Assembly (NCBI RefSeq): GCF_964204645.1
Contig: NC_134030.1
Coordinates: 16,802,110-16,866,109, forward strand
DNA: 64,000 nucleotides
Direction: 5' to 3'
From: Tubulanus polymorphus
Lineage: Eukaryota > Animalia > Nemertea
Below the pieces are notes generated by a model. It did no database searches and had not been told where the DNA came from. It worked only from the letters and a program-made list of their open reading frames with translations. This document shows, in pieces, positions 36,961-50,221 of the stretch (positions are counted from its first letter, which is position 1; the number at the start of each line of letters is the position of its first letter). The translations under genes were made by a program, and so were the position numbers.

Positions 36961-38959
36961 TTGCTGACGGAGGTGTTGATCTATGCAAAGAAAATGAGAG
37001 CTTTTAGAAAGAAATAACCGGATATGTTATTGGAAGCATCAGAACGTGATAGACAAAACATGCTTAGTAACATAATTTTTTTTTCAAATACCTTATTAAT
37101 GTTGTCTCTTGAGATACATATGGCCTTCTCTATTTGGAAAATATTGAAATAGATTATTGCAACAGGGCAATGTAAACATTTATGGGTAATTTCATCAATA
37201 GCTGGTATGGAGAACTGCACTGAAAATGTTTCATATATTCTTAATCTAATCTAGTAAGAGTATAGATTGACATCATTAATTCAAAATAGAATGAGGTTTT
37301 CAATAACATAGTTGACCATACTTACAAATGATATTTCAGGAATTTCAAAATCGTCATCATCTCTCTCTTCATTGGTTATCTGATAACCAAGCAAAAAATA
37401 ACAGTGCATATTCAATAATTTCTGACTCTGTAACCAATTAAAAGAACGTCAAAAAGGCAAGCATAAAATGTTTTACCTCTGTAGTCCTAATCAAGACATC
37501 ATCACCATGACTATCATCTTCTTTTACTTTTTCTCCTTCTCCAGCGATTTTCAAATAATACTTACTTATAGTTTAAAGGTTCTAAAGACCCAAGTGGGTT
37601 AATAATGTCTGTATCAAAATTAACTACAGTAAGAAGTGGTACACAAGTGTAGTTCCCTGGACTTGATTCTGCGACTACTAAACTATAAAATTTCATGTTT
37701 TGGACAGATGTGATTTACTTACATTGCATCCATTTTCCGAATGGGCCCGAAGATCAGAAATACTTATCAGTTTGTGGCAATTTATGCAGCGGACGTGACC
37801 ACCATCATGTTCGCTGTCACTGTATTCGTCGGTAGGAACATCACATTGGATGGAATGAATATAGAATTTACTGCCTACCAAAATTTTGAGCTCGGGTATG
37901 CTGATCGGCCCACTGTGCAACACCTCTAGACAGGTTCTAGTGTTTGAGGAGGGACACATAATATCATACCCTCCACTCTTTCAATTGAAAGAAAGCACTA
38001 AAAAATAATCAATATTCATATGAAATGAGAAACTTCCATCCTGTTAGGATACATTTTTATTCCCAGTAAATGAATTTAATTCATTCACAATATTGGATGT
38101 TGAAAGATGAATATATGCAGGATTTGACAACTTAACTTACTTGAAAATGACATCCCGAAAATGCCATTTATCCCCTTCCGCGTCAAACACCAGTTTCCTC
38201 TGGCCAATCCCTCTCCGTGTCAACTGGAACTTTTCTTTTCGGGATTGTAAGACATTCCTTATCCGATAAACAGACAACCTCCCTTGTAAATGTCTTTAAC
38301 GTTGGTACTGAATGATAAAATGAGTAAAATGATGGTAGATTTTTTTTTTAAATTTACTAAACCACAAATACCATGTCACTTTACTGGAACTATGACTTTT
38401 TAAATTTTGTTCCAATTTAATCTACTGAGTGTTCCTAAGATTACATTTGAATAAGCCATCAACTAGTCGAAATGCTAGATGTAAGGACAGGAACGAGGGC
38501 TATACACTCATGACTCATCATGATTATCAGATAAAAGAAGTTCACATCATGTCCATTGTTGGATTAGAAGATGAAATATTCATAACTGTTAAAATTATTG
38601 TAAAAATGTAAAAAATGTAAACATTTAAATAAATGTAAACGTTGATTTGATTCTAAGCTGTACTGTTAAGAAATTAATAATAAATATTTCCTTTTTAAAT
38701 GAGGGAAACAAGGTATCATTTTTTGGCCTAAGTTCTAGAGGGGTATTTTTATCAATCATAGTAATCCTGATGGTGGGTTCTGATGCCCTTTCAATTTTCT
38801 TTTGGAACCCTTTTCTTAGGTTTCCCATATTCACAGCCTTTGCATCTACCAGGTTAGCATTCTACACAAAATATAACATCAATTTTCATTAAGAGTCACT
38901 TTCATACTGGTTTTTAGACTGTGGGGTCATCGTCATTCATCAATTGGTCGAAAGTTCTT

Positions 38960-39667
38960 CTCTGGTCTCCTCTCATTGGGAGAAAAAGGTATCGAACCCT
39001 CTTATAATGCACTGCGTGGCGCTACCGTGTTTCAGGGTAAAAAAAAGAATTGATCTTTTGTATATATTTGAATCCAAAAGGGTCCATCAGCACAAGAAAA
39101 TTTGGGTCGATCGGACTCAAGATGGCCGTCCTATGACCGTTTTTGTGGCAAAAATTGTCAATTTTGGCTTGAATTTGGAGTACTGTAGCTTCCTACTGGT
39201 TTGCCATTTCTCTTTGCAATTTGTGATGGGAATTCTTTGGAAACCCGAAACAGGTATTTTTGATCAGCCGATTATGATGCAATTATGGCGGCCATCTTGG
39301 TGTCATCAGTACTCATTCGTAGGCGGCAAATAGTTTTTCCACATAATATTTATACATAAGCATATTTTGTTGGCACAATCAATTGGAAAGTTGTTGCTCA
39401 TGACATGTTCTATGACAGAGGTGAGTTTCAAGGTCATTGGATTTTTCATATGGTCACCAGGGGGAGTTGAGTAGAAATTGGTAATGAGGCATATTTTGTT
39501 ATCAATTACAAAATCGTAGCTGCTGACATGTTCTATGATTGTAGTGAGTGTCAAGGTCATTGGTTTTTGTGTATGGTCACCAGGGAGCATTGAATGTTGA
39601 AATTGTTTGATTGTTGAGCATTTGAAACCACTTCCCAAGTGGACATGGCGTCCCTGGACCCCTAGTT
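38960..39667. repeat. Interspersed repeat homologous to 29740-30150
   Basis: Shared gtcgatcggactcaagatggccg...tgtcaattttggc.tgaatt..gagtactgtagc; internal ~120-bp duplication. Confidence 0.7.
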
Positions 39668-42600
39668 TCTTTTGGCCTTCACATTATCCTGGATTCTCTT
39701 ATGTGCTGTTGGACTATGTTGTTTAATTAGCCTGACATTTTATTCATCCCTACACCTTACTATGGTAGAAATGCAGGCCCAATCTCCCTATCAGAAAGTC
39801 CTAAGAAAAAGAATGTTATGATCTAAAGAAATACTCATGCCTGAGTGTGGACTGTATTGTATGAATATCCTGAATTATTCGGATGATGCACATACAGAGG
39901 ACTTTCCAGGGAAGAAATGTACAAATGTAGACATCATGGCTACATTAATGAAAAATCATGGCATAGTGAGATCGTAAGTAGCCCGAAGCCTGGTAAAGTC
40001 TTTCGTATGATAAAAATTTAATTACTGTACTACTTTCCATGCAAGCTGTTCGATTATGTACAGTGAGTGCATGACCTGTGCACAGTACCAGTACCCTAAT
40101 AGTAATGATTAATTGGAAGTAGTTTATAAGCAGGGACCATGCAATTTTCATGTGACATTTCGAAAAAGCATAGTTTTGTATTTGACCAGATATATGGGAA
40201 GTACAAATTGTAATCTGCATGCATAAGATGAGATATCATCGAGAACTCTTTTTTGGTCTATCTTATTTTCGAGAACTGCAGGGAAGGGTATTGTGGAAGG
40301 GTAAAGTGAAGAGAGATTGCTATCAAAATTATTTGTTTGAACTGATAAATAATAATCCATGACTCGCAAATCAGTTTTCGTCGAATTGAAACTTCTTCTG
40401 ACATCCTGAATCAAAGTTAATTGCATTGATAGGGCCACAACATATGCCATCACGAGAAACACAACATGAGATATCGTTGACAAAATTTGCAGAGGCCGTT
40501 AAGTGCTCCAAATAAAAATCGATAACGCCTAATGGGGGTTTGATGCATACCGTTATTTTTGGCGTGTAATGTAAGACACGTAGATTGTCTAGTGATCTTA
40601 CGCGACTGATTGCTACACCAAACTGACCAGGTGTTCATATGTTGTGACAATATAACTGCTTCTAAAGTCATTCTTTGTAGCTGCGATCTTTTACAAATTT
40701 TTACAGCTTTTCTTTTTGAAATTATAAAAAAGATTGCTGGTTTGATATCAATGGTATTATCGTCAGATAGAAAAAATGCGGTAAGATTTTCTGGGTGTAT
40801 ATTCTTTACATAGCGTTGTAAACCATTGACAAGAATCTTATTGATGTTTCAAAAAAAGTTAAGCACAAGTCTTCAAATGTAACTTATGAACCACCTGCAA
40901 GGAGTTAAGGGGATCAGATGTCCGTTCCTCATCATTAGCTGCATATATTTTTGCAATACCGACAAGTTTACTTAACTCTATGATGTTCATTACTTCTACA
41001 TCAAAATTGTTCGAAAATACATGAGTGACAGTAAGACTTTCAGGTAAAAGGACGTAATACACTAGCTTACACTAGATACCGTTACCCGATTGATGATCTT
41101 ATAAATGCCTCATCAGCTTGACGAACAAAATCCTACTCAAAATTTTCATATGACTTAAGTGAAACATTCAAAGCAATAGTTGCCATAATCCCCATAATCC
41201 TCATATTTCGGATTAGGTACCGGGAGAAATCACCACTTACTAGTACTTGTTCAAAAATATTTGTGATTAGCATTGAAATTTCATCAATTGACAAGTCATC
41301 TGTTGATTAAATTTTAAATCAATAAGTTGGGCAACTGTCAAGAGCCTTTCTTCATTTCAGATTAAGATCGTCCATCTAAGATACCTGACCAGTGATATAT
41401 AGTGACTGCATTAAGGGCTGTCAACTGACGACAAACAATACCAAGCACATAAAACAAAGAATAAATTCATAAAATAAATTTGCAATAATACTGAAAATAA
41501 CCAGCGGGGCCATGCTGGCTGTCAAGCTTTTTGTAAAATCCCCTCTTCGCACCAACGTTTGTTCCCATGAAGCAGCATGTAAAGCACCTGTTAAATTCTT
41601 ATTGAAAACAAATTCTTCCCAGAAAGACCCCCAATTTCTGTTGTGGTAGAAATAACCGAATTCTTGCCATTCTAAAACTGCTGGTCTTCTTCATATAGAC
41701 TTGTCTCCTTCATTCTGGTTATGGAGGTGTTAGTGCAGCTATGTGTGCTCTACCTTGCATAGGAAAGAGTACTGGTTGATATGTTAATGGTGTTGATGGC
41801 TTAGGTAAAGCTAAATTTTGTCGAGGTTGTGGTGATGGTGATGCTGGGAGTGATGGTGATACCGGAGGTGATGGATAGTTGGCTGGAATACTTCTAAGTG
41901 GCTTTCTTTTTTATTGTGGCTGTGGCTCTTCGTCATCTTCGGATGATGATATAGATCGTGGATTCTGTCTAGGAATGAGAAGAAAGTACGAAATATTCAA
42001 TTCATTTCCTTTCCAATTATTTATACCGTAGGTGGGGTGGATGGGTTAACAGTTACGAAGTATCTCAACTCTGTTAGCTTCAATCAATGTACATGGAATT
42101 AACACATCTAATCAAATATGAAATAATTCTAGCAATTGACTCGGCCTATTGGCCTACAGATAATATGACCTATAAATACTGATATGGTAAAAGTAGATGC
42201 CGACCAGCTAAGCCCACACTCAAGCCATCTTCATTAACTAAAGCAAGGTCACAACAAGTCTGTGAAAATTGTCAATTTACAGGAGTCGTTGGTGGCCATT
42301 AGTATATCAGATCTTGACTATAATCAAAATTGTAGGACAACGAAAAATCATCAGTAAATATTGAGGCAAGTTGCAAATCAAAATTGAAAATAACAAGAGT
42401 ACTGAATAATGATAATAGATATCTATAACAATTACTTTATTTTACGCTTCCTTTTTTTTGACTGGTCATCCGTTTAGTTGACATCTGTCTGGTCGAATGA
42501 TTTTTGAAGCCTGTATCTTGCTCTCTCAAATGATTTAAAAAGCCAAAAAGAAAGTACATTATCTTAAATTGTGTTACAAATCCACATTGAATATTCCTCA

Positions 42601-42701
42601 AAGCTAATAAATTCTAGATAATTCAGATACCTTGGTCCATTTCACATTCACTTATAAACCATCCTTGTAAAATTAATATGTTACATATACACACAGTTCA
42701 A

Positions 42702-43460
42702 CTAACCACTCTTTGCTAGAACTTTACATTCAGAATATTTACATGAATCACTAGGATGAACGTGATTTTTCACTGCTGCATCCACTTTGGAATGCTGTGT
42801 AAATGGAGGCCAGTAACATCTATCATCATCTTGTAGGGAGCTTGCTGGTACGATTTCTGTTGCACCATCCTCCTCACCAACAAATTCAACCACGAGAAAT
42901 GACATGTTTGAAGAATTGCTGGTTAAGTGGAGCTTTATCTGATATGTTCTATAAGATATATAACCAACAGCAGTATTACGTATTAAACCAAAAGAAATAT
43001 GGTATAGCCAACGATGCATATGTTTTATGGTAATGATTTCATATTTTTGTTTAAGTGCAATATATTTTGATACAGTCATATCATTCTTAGATTACTAATT
43101 CATCTTCTTATTGTTTCTGAAATCTGCTCTAATTCTTGATGATGACAACTACGCTAGCCTTATCATAAACACTTAATTAATCAATGAATTGCATTAAAAA
43201 TGAAATCCATTAAGAAATATAACGCAACCTTTTTAACTAAAATTCCGTAGTGGGATAGCAATTTTCTTGTCTAGTGACAAAAACATAAACTTCGATTCAA
43301 TTACCCCATTTAGTTGTCTAATAGCTTGTATTCCGATGATGGCTGAATCTAAAGGGTAATCGAAGAGGTTTTCATAGTGGGTAAATTTTTCAGCTACAAT
43401 ACTTATCATGTCAGCAGAGACAATATGTCTCAACGAGGTAAACCTTATCCTGATATCCAA
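42702..43460 (-). pseudogene. Second EnSpm-like remnant: transposase C-terminus plus accessory-gene first exon
   Basis: ENLFDYPLDSAIIGI; MSFLVVEF...EIVPAS.....CYWPP, with the same arrangement as 26000-27400. Confidence 0.55.
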
Positions 43461-45699
43461 TGCAGTTATCAGATCTCTCTCTGAAAGACAATTATTTTTC
43501 CAAAATTTGTCACAAATTTGATTTTATTGGACTACATTACTAAATGCTCATCATATTCTGCCGGGATAGGTCCCTCGCGGTGCGTTCCGGACAAAATTGG
43601 CATATCGGATTGTTCATAAGGAAGATCCAAGCTTGTTTCTTCACTTAAATGTCGAATCACTTGCTCACGGCCGTACAACTCTGCAATTCATTATGTTAAT
43701 GTGCCCCATTATTATTAATGAGCTCCTTGGCAACCTTGAACTTGAACTGGAATAACTACAGCCGATGCGTAACAATTGCATTATTATTGAAACAGCATGG
43801 CGGATGTTGAAATCATTTTCGTCATAAATTTATCACAATTTTAGGACTTTATAAAGTTAATGAATGAATTTCACGGAACTATGATCCGTAAAACCAGTCA
43901 CCTGATCAAATCTCTTAAATCATTATACGTTTGCTACATTTCCTGATGGATTCTGGCTCAAATCAACGTAACCAAAATAGCTTCCCTGTAATATTTGGAT
44001 TTCGCGGGGGACAAGGAACTCCTGTGCAGCTGTGCTTGTCCCGCCTCCACCCAACTTAGGCCTCCACGAACGGCCAGGATCCTCTCGGGGCGCCCCCTAT
44101 CTCTTGGGTACGTCCAGGTCCCCTCGTCCTCTTGGAGGCGAGATATTCAGCTGGAACCCTCTGCGGGACAAAATGTCGGTAGCGTGACTGGCCTCTTCTC
44201 AGCTGACCAGATTCCACGTGCCCTAAAAGTTAGACTAATTGACTCTGACTCTCTTCTTCACTCCGATCAAGTCCACGATAACTCAAAAAAAAACGGCCCG
44301 ATGCTAATTTTGAATTAGTAACTAATATATTTTTTATTTTGCAGTATAACCGCCTGGAATCCGATGCATATGAGCCTCGAATTAATTTCCAATTATATTT
44401 AACACCATTTTCACGGTCGGTCATTTCGAACACGTTCACTATATACGAGGCTCCCGGACAACGCGGAGTCCGGGACAAACACAGTGTCAGGGCGGACAAC
44501 CATGTCCGCCGAGGACAACGCGGCCTCTGCCTAGGACAACGCCGACCCTGAACATCAATAAACCCGTGGACAATATCCGGGCTAATAACTATTTACAATG
44601 AATTAGCGCGGTCCGGGTGCCCGCATGTGGACACGGGGACACGGACGGGTAGGTTTTTACATTATAATCACTGGTAAGTGCAGTCAAATACAGGAATTAG
44701 CGTTTACGTTTTCTGCGGCGCTTGCAAGCGTATAAGTTGCATGGACAGTCCGAGTGAACGGTTTGTTGTTGAATCTCGCGCTCCGCGTGCTTTTATAGCC
44801 CGCGATTGTCCCCGCCGCGCTCACATTGACTGGAACAAAAGCCTGGACACGCGTGTTTGGTTACGCGTGTTGCGTGACTTCAAGGTTGGCTGACTTCCAG
44901 CCACAATGAGAACGGAGCCGGGCAACCGCACACCGGCTGCAAAAGGTCACGGCGGACACGAGACGATATGTAAAGATTAGTTAAAATATCACAAAGGTTA
45001 TAGTATAATATGCATGAGCAACAAATGTTCTTAAGTAATAAACGAGTTGAAAGGGTTCGAACCCCGCACTCAGAAGATATACGTAATAATAACAAATCCA
45101 ATTCAACCAGAAGGGTTAAATTGAATCAACGCGGACCCGGAACAACCGGTCGCGAAAGACATTAAACAGGATAATATACAAAGATACGAGCAGAGCGGTG
45201 AAATCCGGGAGAAGGTGATTTTAAATTTAGCGCCAGGAAACAGGAATAGTAGGAATGACATTTTCGTTTATTCTGTCGGATTCTGAGGCACTTGGTGGAA
45301 TATATACCTTGGTTTATAAGCCCTGTTTCCAAGCCCTGTTCCCCGAATATCCCAAATGATTTCCATGTTCGTACGAAGTTGGGAACATGGTGTATAAGTA
45401 CGTGTAGTTATGGGGTAATTGTACTCTCTGAGAAATTGGCTGGAAACCATTCACCAGTTACATTGGGCTTCTAGCTGGTCAATTTCGGATTCTGTTAGGA
45501 GGCGGCATGCAGTATATAAGTGATGTAGTACACTGAATCGCGTGAAAAGTTCGAGGTATAGGGATTTCGGCTCAGGATATGTCAAGGGCAGAAACTAATA
45601 TAGTTGGATTATTAATGAAACTATGGTCATCGATTTTCAAAGGTTTGTTATGGTTACCAACAAAACTGTTTGAATGATCTTATCTTATCTGAGATGCTG

Positions 45700-46860
45700 T
45701 GACTTAATGGTCCACCTTGACCAGCCGCTGCTCTTTCAGCATTGGGCAAGTAAGTGGCGATTGTCCGTCGAGGGTACGCTTCATATGGCGAATGTGGCCT
45801 GCCGTCTTTTCTCCGGAGCTGCTCGAGATTCACAAGGCACCAAAAGCAAGGATATGATGATGTACAACCTTAGTGCCCCATCATCGTACACATATAATTC
45901 AAATCACCGTTGGAGAATTTCTGCACATTAACTTCTTCCCCCGAGAGTCGTCTCACTTGCTCAAGCTGTTCGAGTGGTTCTCTTAAGGATCCGAATATCA
46001 TGTTCAGGTAAGTAGCCGTGTCAACTCCTTCGAAATAGCCTAGCAAGTGGGAGGAATCTGTGCTGTTAGGGTTTTTAGAACTTACAACAGCCATAATCAT
46101 TTTGGTTGAACCCCCACCCTAATTGACACCAGTTTTCAACCAGAGTTCATTATGAAACTCAAATTATGAAATTCATTATGTTAGGGTTTATAGAATGTTC
46201 AACAGCCATAATCATTTTGGTTGAACCCCCACCCTTATCGACACCAATTTTCAACCAGAGTTCATTATGAAACTCAGAATCGGTGTTATATTCCCCTTCT
46301 GATTCTATTGTATGGAGACATTGTTCAATCTCGGCTGGAACATCATCACAACGTTTTTGGCAGGTTTACACTCAGGCGTACGACTATTAATTTCAATGAC
46401 TTTTTTCCAGCTACGAATCATGGAATGAACTGGTCACTATGATTTTCAATTTCTCTGCGGATGTTTGCAGCTGGTGGAAATATATTGAAACCGTGTTAAT
46501 GTATGTTTCAGATCAAGCATTTTTGTCATTGGCATTCGAAGCCGTAGTTTAAGCTCGACTCTCTCAGATGGTGTAAGTTGTTTACGTGTCATGTAACTGT
46601 TTTTTTCCAATGCTATGTTGGTGATTTTTGGATATTTAGTCATTAAACGTCCCAAGGTACAGGCAGAATCGGATTCATTTTTATCACCAGATGGTACTTC
46701 ATCACACATTGATTTTAACTGCGACGCACGGGCTTCAAGAGTCCGGCGATATGCCATGGACGATGGAACCACTACATGATGCAGCTTACTCAAATTTACC
46801 ACAGACACTCGTTTCGGGGTAAACTTAATTGCCCTGAGAATACCACTGCCACTCGGCTTA
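45700..46860 (-). pseudogene. Chapaev/Transib (RAG1-like) transposase remnant
   Basis: LKTGVN*GGGSTK, NPNS, GDLNYMCTMMGH*GCTSSYPCFWC; internal ~117-bp-period duplication at 46084-46276. Confidence 0.5.
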
Positions 46861-48468
46861 ACAGTGTCGATGCTTTGTATGACAGATCCAGATTTTTCAC
46901 TACAAACGCATGATTTTAATTTGCTTATAAGATTTCGATTCTTTTTCTTTGCTCTCCTATGATATGATTTAAATCAGAAATTTGTACATTCGATGGTTCT
47001 ATTACAGAAGGAAAGAGTTCAGTTGGTATGAACATTGGAAGTGGCTGAATAATTTGAGCAAGTTGATCCGGTGTTGATGTTTCTAATGGTGTAGCCAAAA
47101 TACTTGTTTCGTCAGGGGTAGACAGTGTGTCTGATGATAAACGAATACCGGAACTTGACTGAGCGTGGTCTTGATCAACGTTAGTTAAATTTGCTGAAAT
47201 TTTTTTTCTAGATAAATCAATACATATAATTACATTATTCACTTCAAAATCCGTGTTCGGTAGAATTTTGTTCAATAAAATATAGATATATACACAAAAT
47301 TTTGTATTCAAGATTGAATTTGATTTGATTTTAAAACCAGAGAAAGCATTCAGGAATTAGGAAAATCTTTGACAGTCAACATCTAGTTGCTGGAATCAAG
47401 TCCAGAGTTGAAAGGCCTTAGGTGACTGGAACCAATAAATTGGTAGTCAAATTCTAGATTGTGGACGAGTGGATGATATACTCTGTACTTGTATGTTGAA
47501 CAATTAATATCAGTAAATTTTGCTGATAGTAATTTGCATTAGAAAAACATTCAATTTTTTGAGTCCCTATAATGCCGTGTGAGATGGAGTTAATATGCTG
47601 ACAAATTTTGAAGATCAACATTTTTCATCATACAGTCAAACTGGCTAATCGTCATTTGGATAAGTTGACATTGAAGACGTCTCTTTGTGTCATTATTGGT
47701 GGAGGTATATTTCCAATTTTTGCTAAGTGTAGATTGTCATTTAATCGTCATAATAAACATAAAAACCGCCCTGCTCTGCTGCAACTGAGACTGAGACGTA
47801 AACAAGTTTGACTGTATTATGCGTTACCTTGATGCTTTAGCTTGACCTTTATGACTAGTAAGACAACCTTCCAAATCAAATGTCAATTAAGAAAGAACAA
47901 CAAAATCAATTAATCACCAACAGTTAATCAATTTTATTAAATACTGAAATTTCAAAACAATGATAGGAAAGAGGTAACAATAAGTGTGTTTGCCTTGCGT
48001 CTTTTAATTTTGCCCTTAAAATATTTCTTTTTTTTTACCACTACCTGCCTTTGACGTGAGACTTTTCCGCAATAGTTTTGCTAAAAATACATATCAACAT
48101 ACAATTCATGGATGGGAATTATATATACTACAATTTACTCTCACTGTCAACATTGGAATAAACTATATCTTTAAGGAGGAAATATTGATACAAATGATAT
48201 TAGAAAATACTGACGGGAAAGATTTTACTGAATTTTATGGATAATCTGTCAAATGTATGGTCAAAGGTTTACCTTTACAAAAAATCACACATGTGACTTT
48301 TAAAAAACACGTGTGATTCACATGTGTAAAAATGGGACATTTATTTGCGATATAAAGTATTCTCTTTTGAAAAGAATTGTATAAGAAAATATTAAAAATT
48401 AAAATAGAAATAATAGATAGTTGAAGGTATGTAATTTTTATTATATTTTATTTGAGATATATTAATCT

Positions 48469-49251
48469 TTAACCACTTAATAATGATTCAACATATTGTT
48501 CATTATTTGGATTATTGTTCCATAATTCAATGAATTTCTTTACTTTTGTTAACTGTTCTAAATATAACTGTAAATCTAGTTTGTCATGTTTAATCATATT
48601 TTCCTTTTTTTCAAGAGGTCTCAGGTTTTTCCAATTCCAAAGTAACTTTTTATCATATTCATCATTCATGTCAAATTTAGATATTGGTAACACATGATCA
48701 ATATGAAAATAATTGCCATAATTATTTATATTCATTTTATCATGGAATTGATATATTATCCATGATTTAAAAAATTTATCTGAACAATCCAATAAATGTG
48801 CTAGTGTAACTGAGTGGTTTTCTTTACTGAATAATTTTGATACTTTAGATCTTAAACATTTTTTCAATTTGTAATTAAAATCTGTTTGATATCTTTCTTT
48901 CTTATAATTATTTTGATACGCTTTATAATATTCTCTATTATTATCCCTCCATTCTCTCATATATTCTGTTATATAATCTGAGTGATTTTCTCTCCATTGT
49001 TTATTTCTAACTTTGAATTTTTCAATATTATCCATATAATATTGTGTTGAATAATTTGGATTATTTTCAAGAAATTTGTTATTGTATAGTTTAGTACAGC
49101 TTTTGCAATATGTTTGTTTGCCATCTTTTTTAGTTTTATTTTTTTGAAATTCTGTTAATGATTTATTCAATTCACACTTATTACATTTCTTATAGCATAT
49201 ATTTATTACACCATCATTGTTTATATTTATAGCTTGTGATTGTTCCTCCAT
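48469..49251 (-). CDS. 260-aa His-Me finger (HNH / endonuclease VII-like) protein of giant-virus type
   Basis: N-terminal CNKC...EF......DG....CKSC; C-terminal NYGNYFHIDHVLPISKF...NWKNLRPLEKKENMIKHDK; intact and intronless; TAAATG start. Confidence 0.75.
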   Translation of the reverse strand: MEEQSQAININNDGVINICYKKCNKCELNKSLTEFQKNKTKKDGKQTYCKSCTKLYNNKFLENNPNYSTQYYMDNIEKFKVRNKQWRENHSDYITEYMREWRDNNREYYKAYQNNYKKERYQTDFNYKLKKCLRSKVSKLFSKENHSVTLAHLLDCSDKFFKSWIIYQFHDKMNINNYGNYFHIDHVLPISKFDMNDEYDKKLLWNWKNLRPLEKKENMIKHDKLDLQLYLEQLTKVKKFIELWNNNPNNEQYVESLLSG

Positions 49252-49318
49252 TTATAATATATATTTTTATTAAAATTGATTAACATTTTAGAATCCTCTT
49301 CCATTTCTTCGACTAACG

Positions 49319-49606
49319 TCATCCTTTTTCATTCCTTAAAATATCATTATTCTTATTTCTAATATGACTTTTAGATTTTAAATGTTCATTATAATATCTT
49401 TTATCACTGAATGATTGATTACATGTATCACATTTGTATGTTTCTTTTTCATTCTTTAATTCATCTAATTTAGTTTCTAATATATCATCGTTATATTCTA
49501 GTTTCAATTTATTCTCTAAATGTGTTTTAGTTTTATTGTGTCTTGCTTTTTGGGATTAATCTATATTGATATTACATGTTGCGCGGTAGTACTTATTTGC
49601 TTCCAT
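49319..49606 (-). pseudogene. Small two-zinc-finger protein with an internal stop
   Basis: ATG at 49606 is in frame with 49319-49507; YKCDTCNQSFSDKRYYNEHLKSKSH plus a degenerate first finger (ATCNINID*SQKARHNKTKTH). Confidence 0.6.
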
Positions 49607-49812
49607 TTTAATACTAAATTTTTTATTAAAATTGATTTTAGAAGTTCAATGATTTATATCATGTATTATTTCAATCACACTTTACTAACACTTTTAATGT
49701 TTAAAAATCTAACTCATACAAATATAAATATTGAAATAATGTTGTAAATATATACTTTTATATTGAATAATCTGTCAATTTAAATGTTATTCATGTATAT
49801 GATTATTTTAAG

Positions 49813-50221
49813 AGTAATAGGGGTATTGGGCTTTCAGGTTAAAGGTTGAATGGTCGAGTTCATTAAAAACAAATATTAAAAGTAATTTAAAACTATAATA
49901 TATTTTCATAACCGTGTGTATTTCAGTTGAATAATAGAATAATTATTATTATAAAAATATATTTGATTATATGAATTTGTGTATTGAAAATAAATCAATT
50001 GGTCGCGGAGCGGAGCGGTAGCGAAGTGGAGCGACCAATTGATTTAATACAATATGCTTTTAAAATTTAAATTATTAATATCTTAGAATAAATATTTAGT
50101 TATAATATAAAATGCACACGGTTATGAAAATATATTATAGTTTAAAATTACTTTTAATGTTTTGTTTTTAATGAGCTCGACCATTCGACCTTTGGCTTGA
50201 AAGCCCATTACCCCTATTACT
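49813..50221. repeat. Terminal hairpin of copy C: ~110-bp outer arms and a 16-bp inner stem
   Basis: agtaatagggg...gtgtgtattt / aaatgcacac...cccctattact; inner taaatcaattggtcgc / gcgaccaattgattta. Confidence 0.9.

Larger units (their letters stand above)
48340..50221 (-). mobile_element. Copy C: AT-rich hairpin-ended element with endonuclease and zinc-finger cargo (left boundary approximate)
   Basis: 49665-49856 is homologous to 58027-58303 of copy B; ends cccctattact like A and B. Confidence 0.8.

Noticed and set aside
43960-45560. Possible LTR-retrotransposon remnant (GC-richer, TGGCGC PBS-like word on the minus strand near 45230)
   Set aside because: No paired LTRs or gag/pol motifs could be identified.
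49813-50221. Terminal hairpins of B and C as independent MITE insertions
   Set aside because: The sequence inward of the hairpin is homologous in B and C, there is no TSD, and A ends at the same base.
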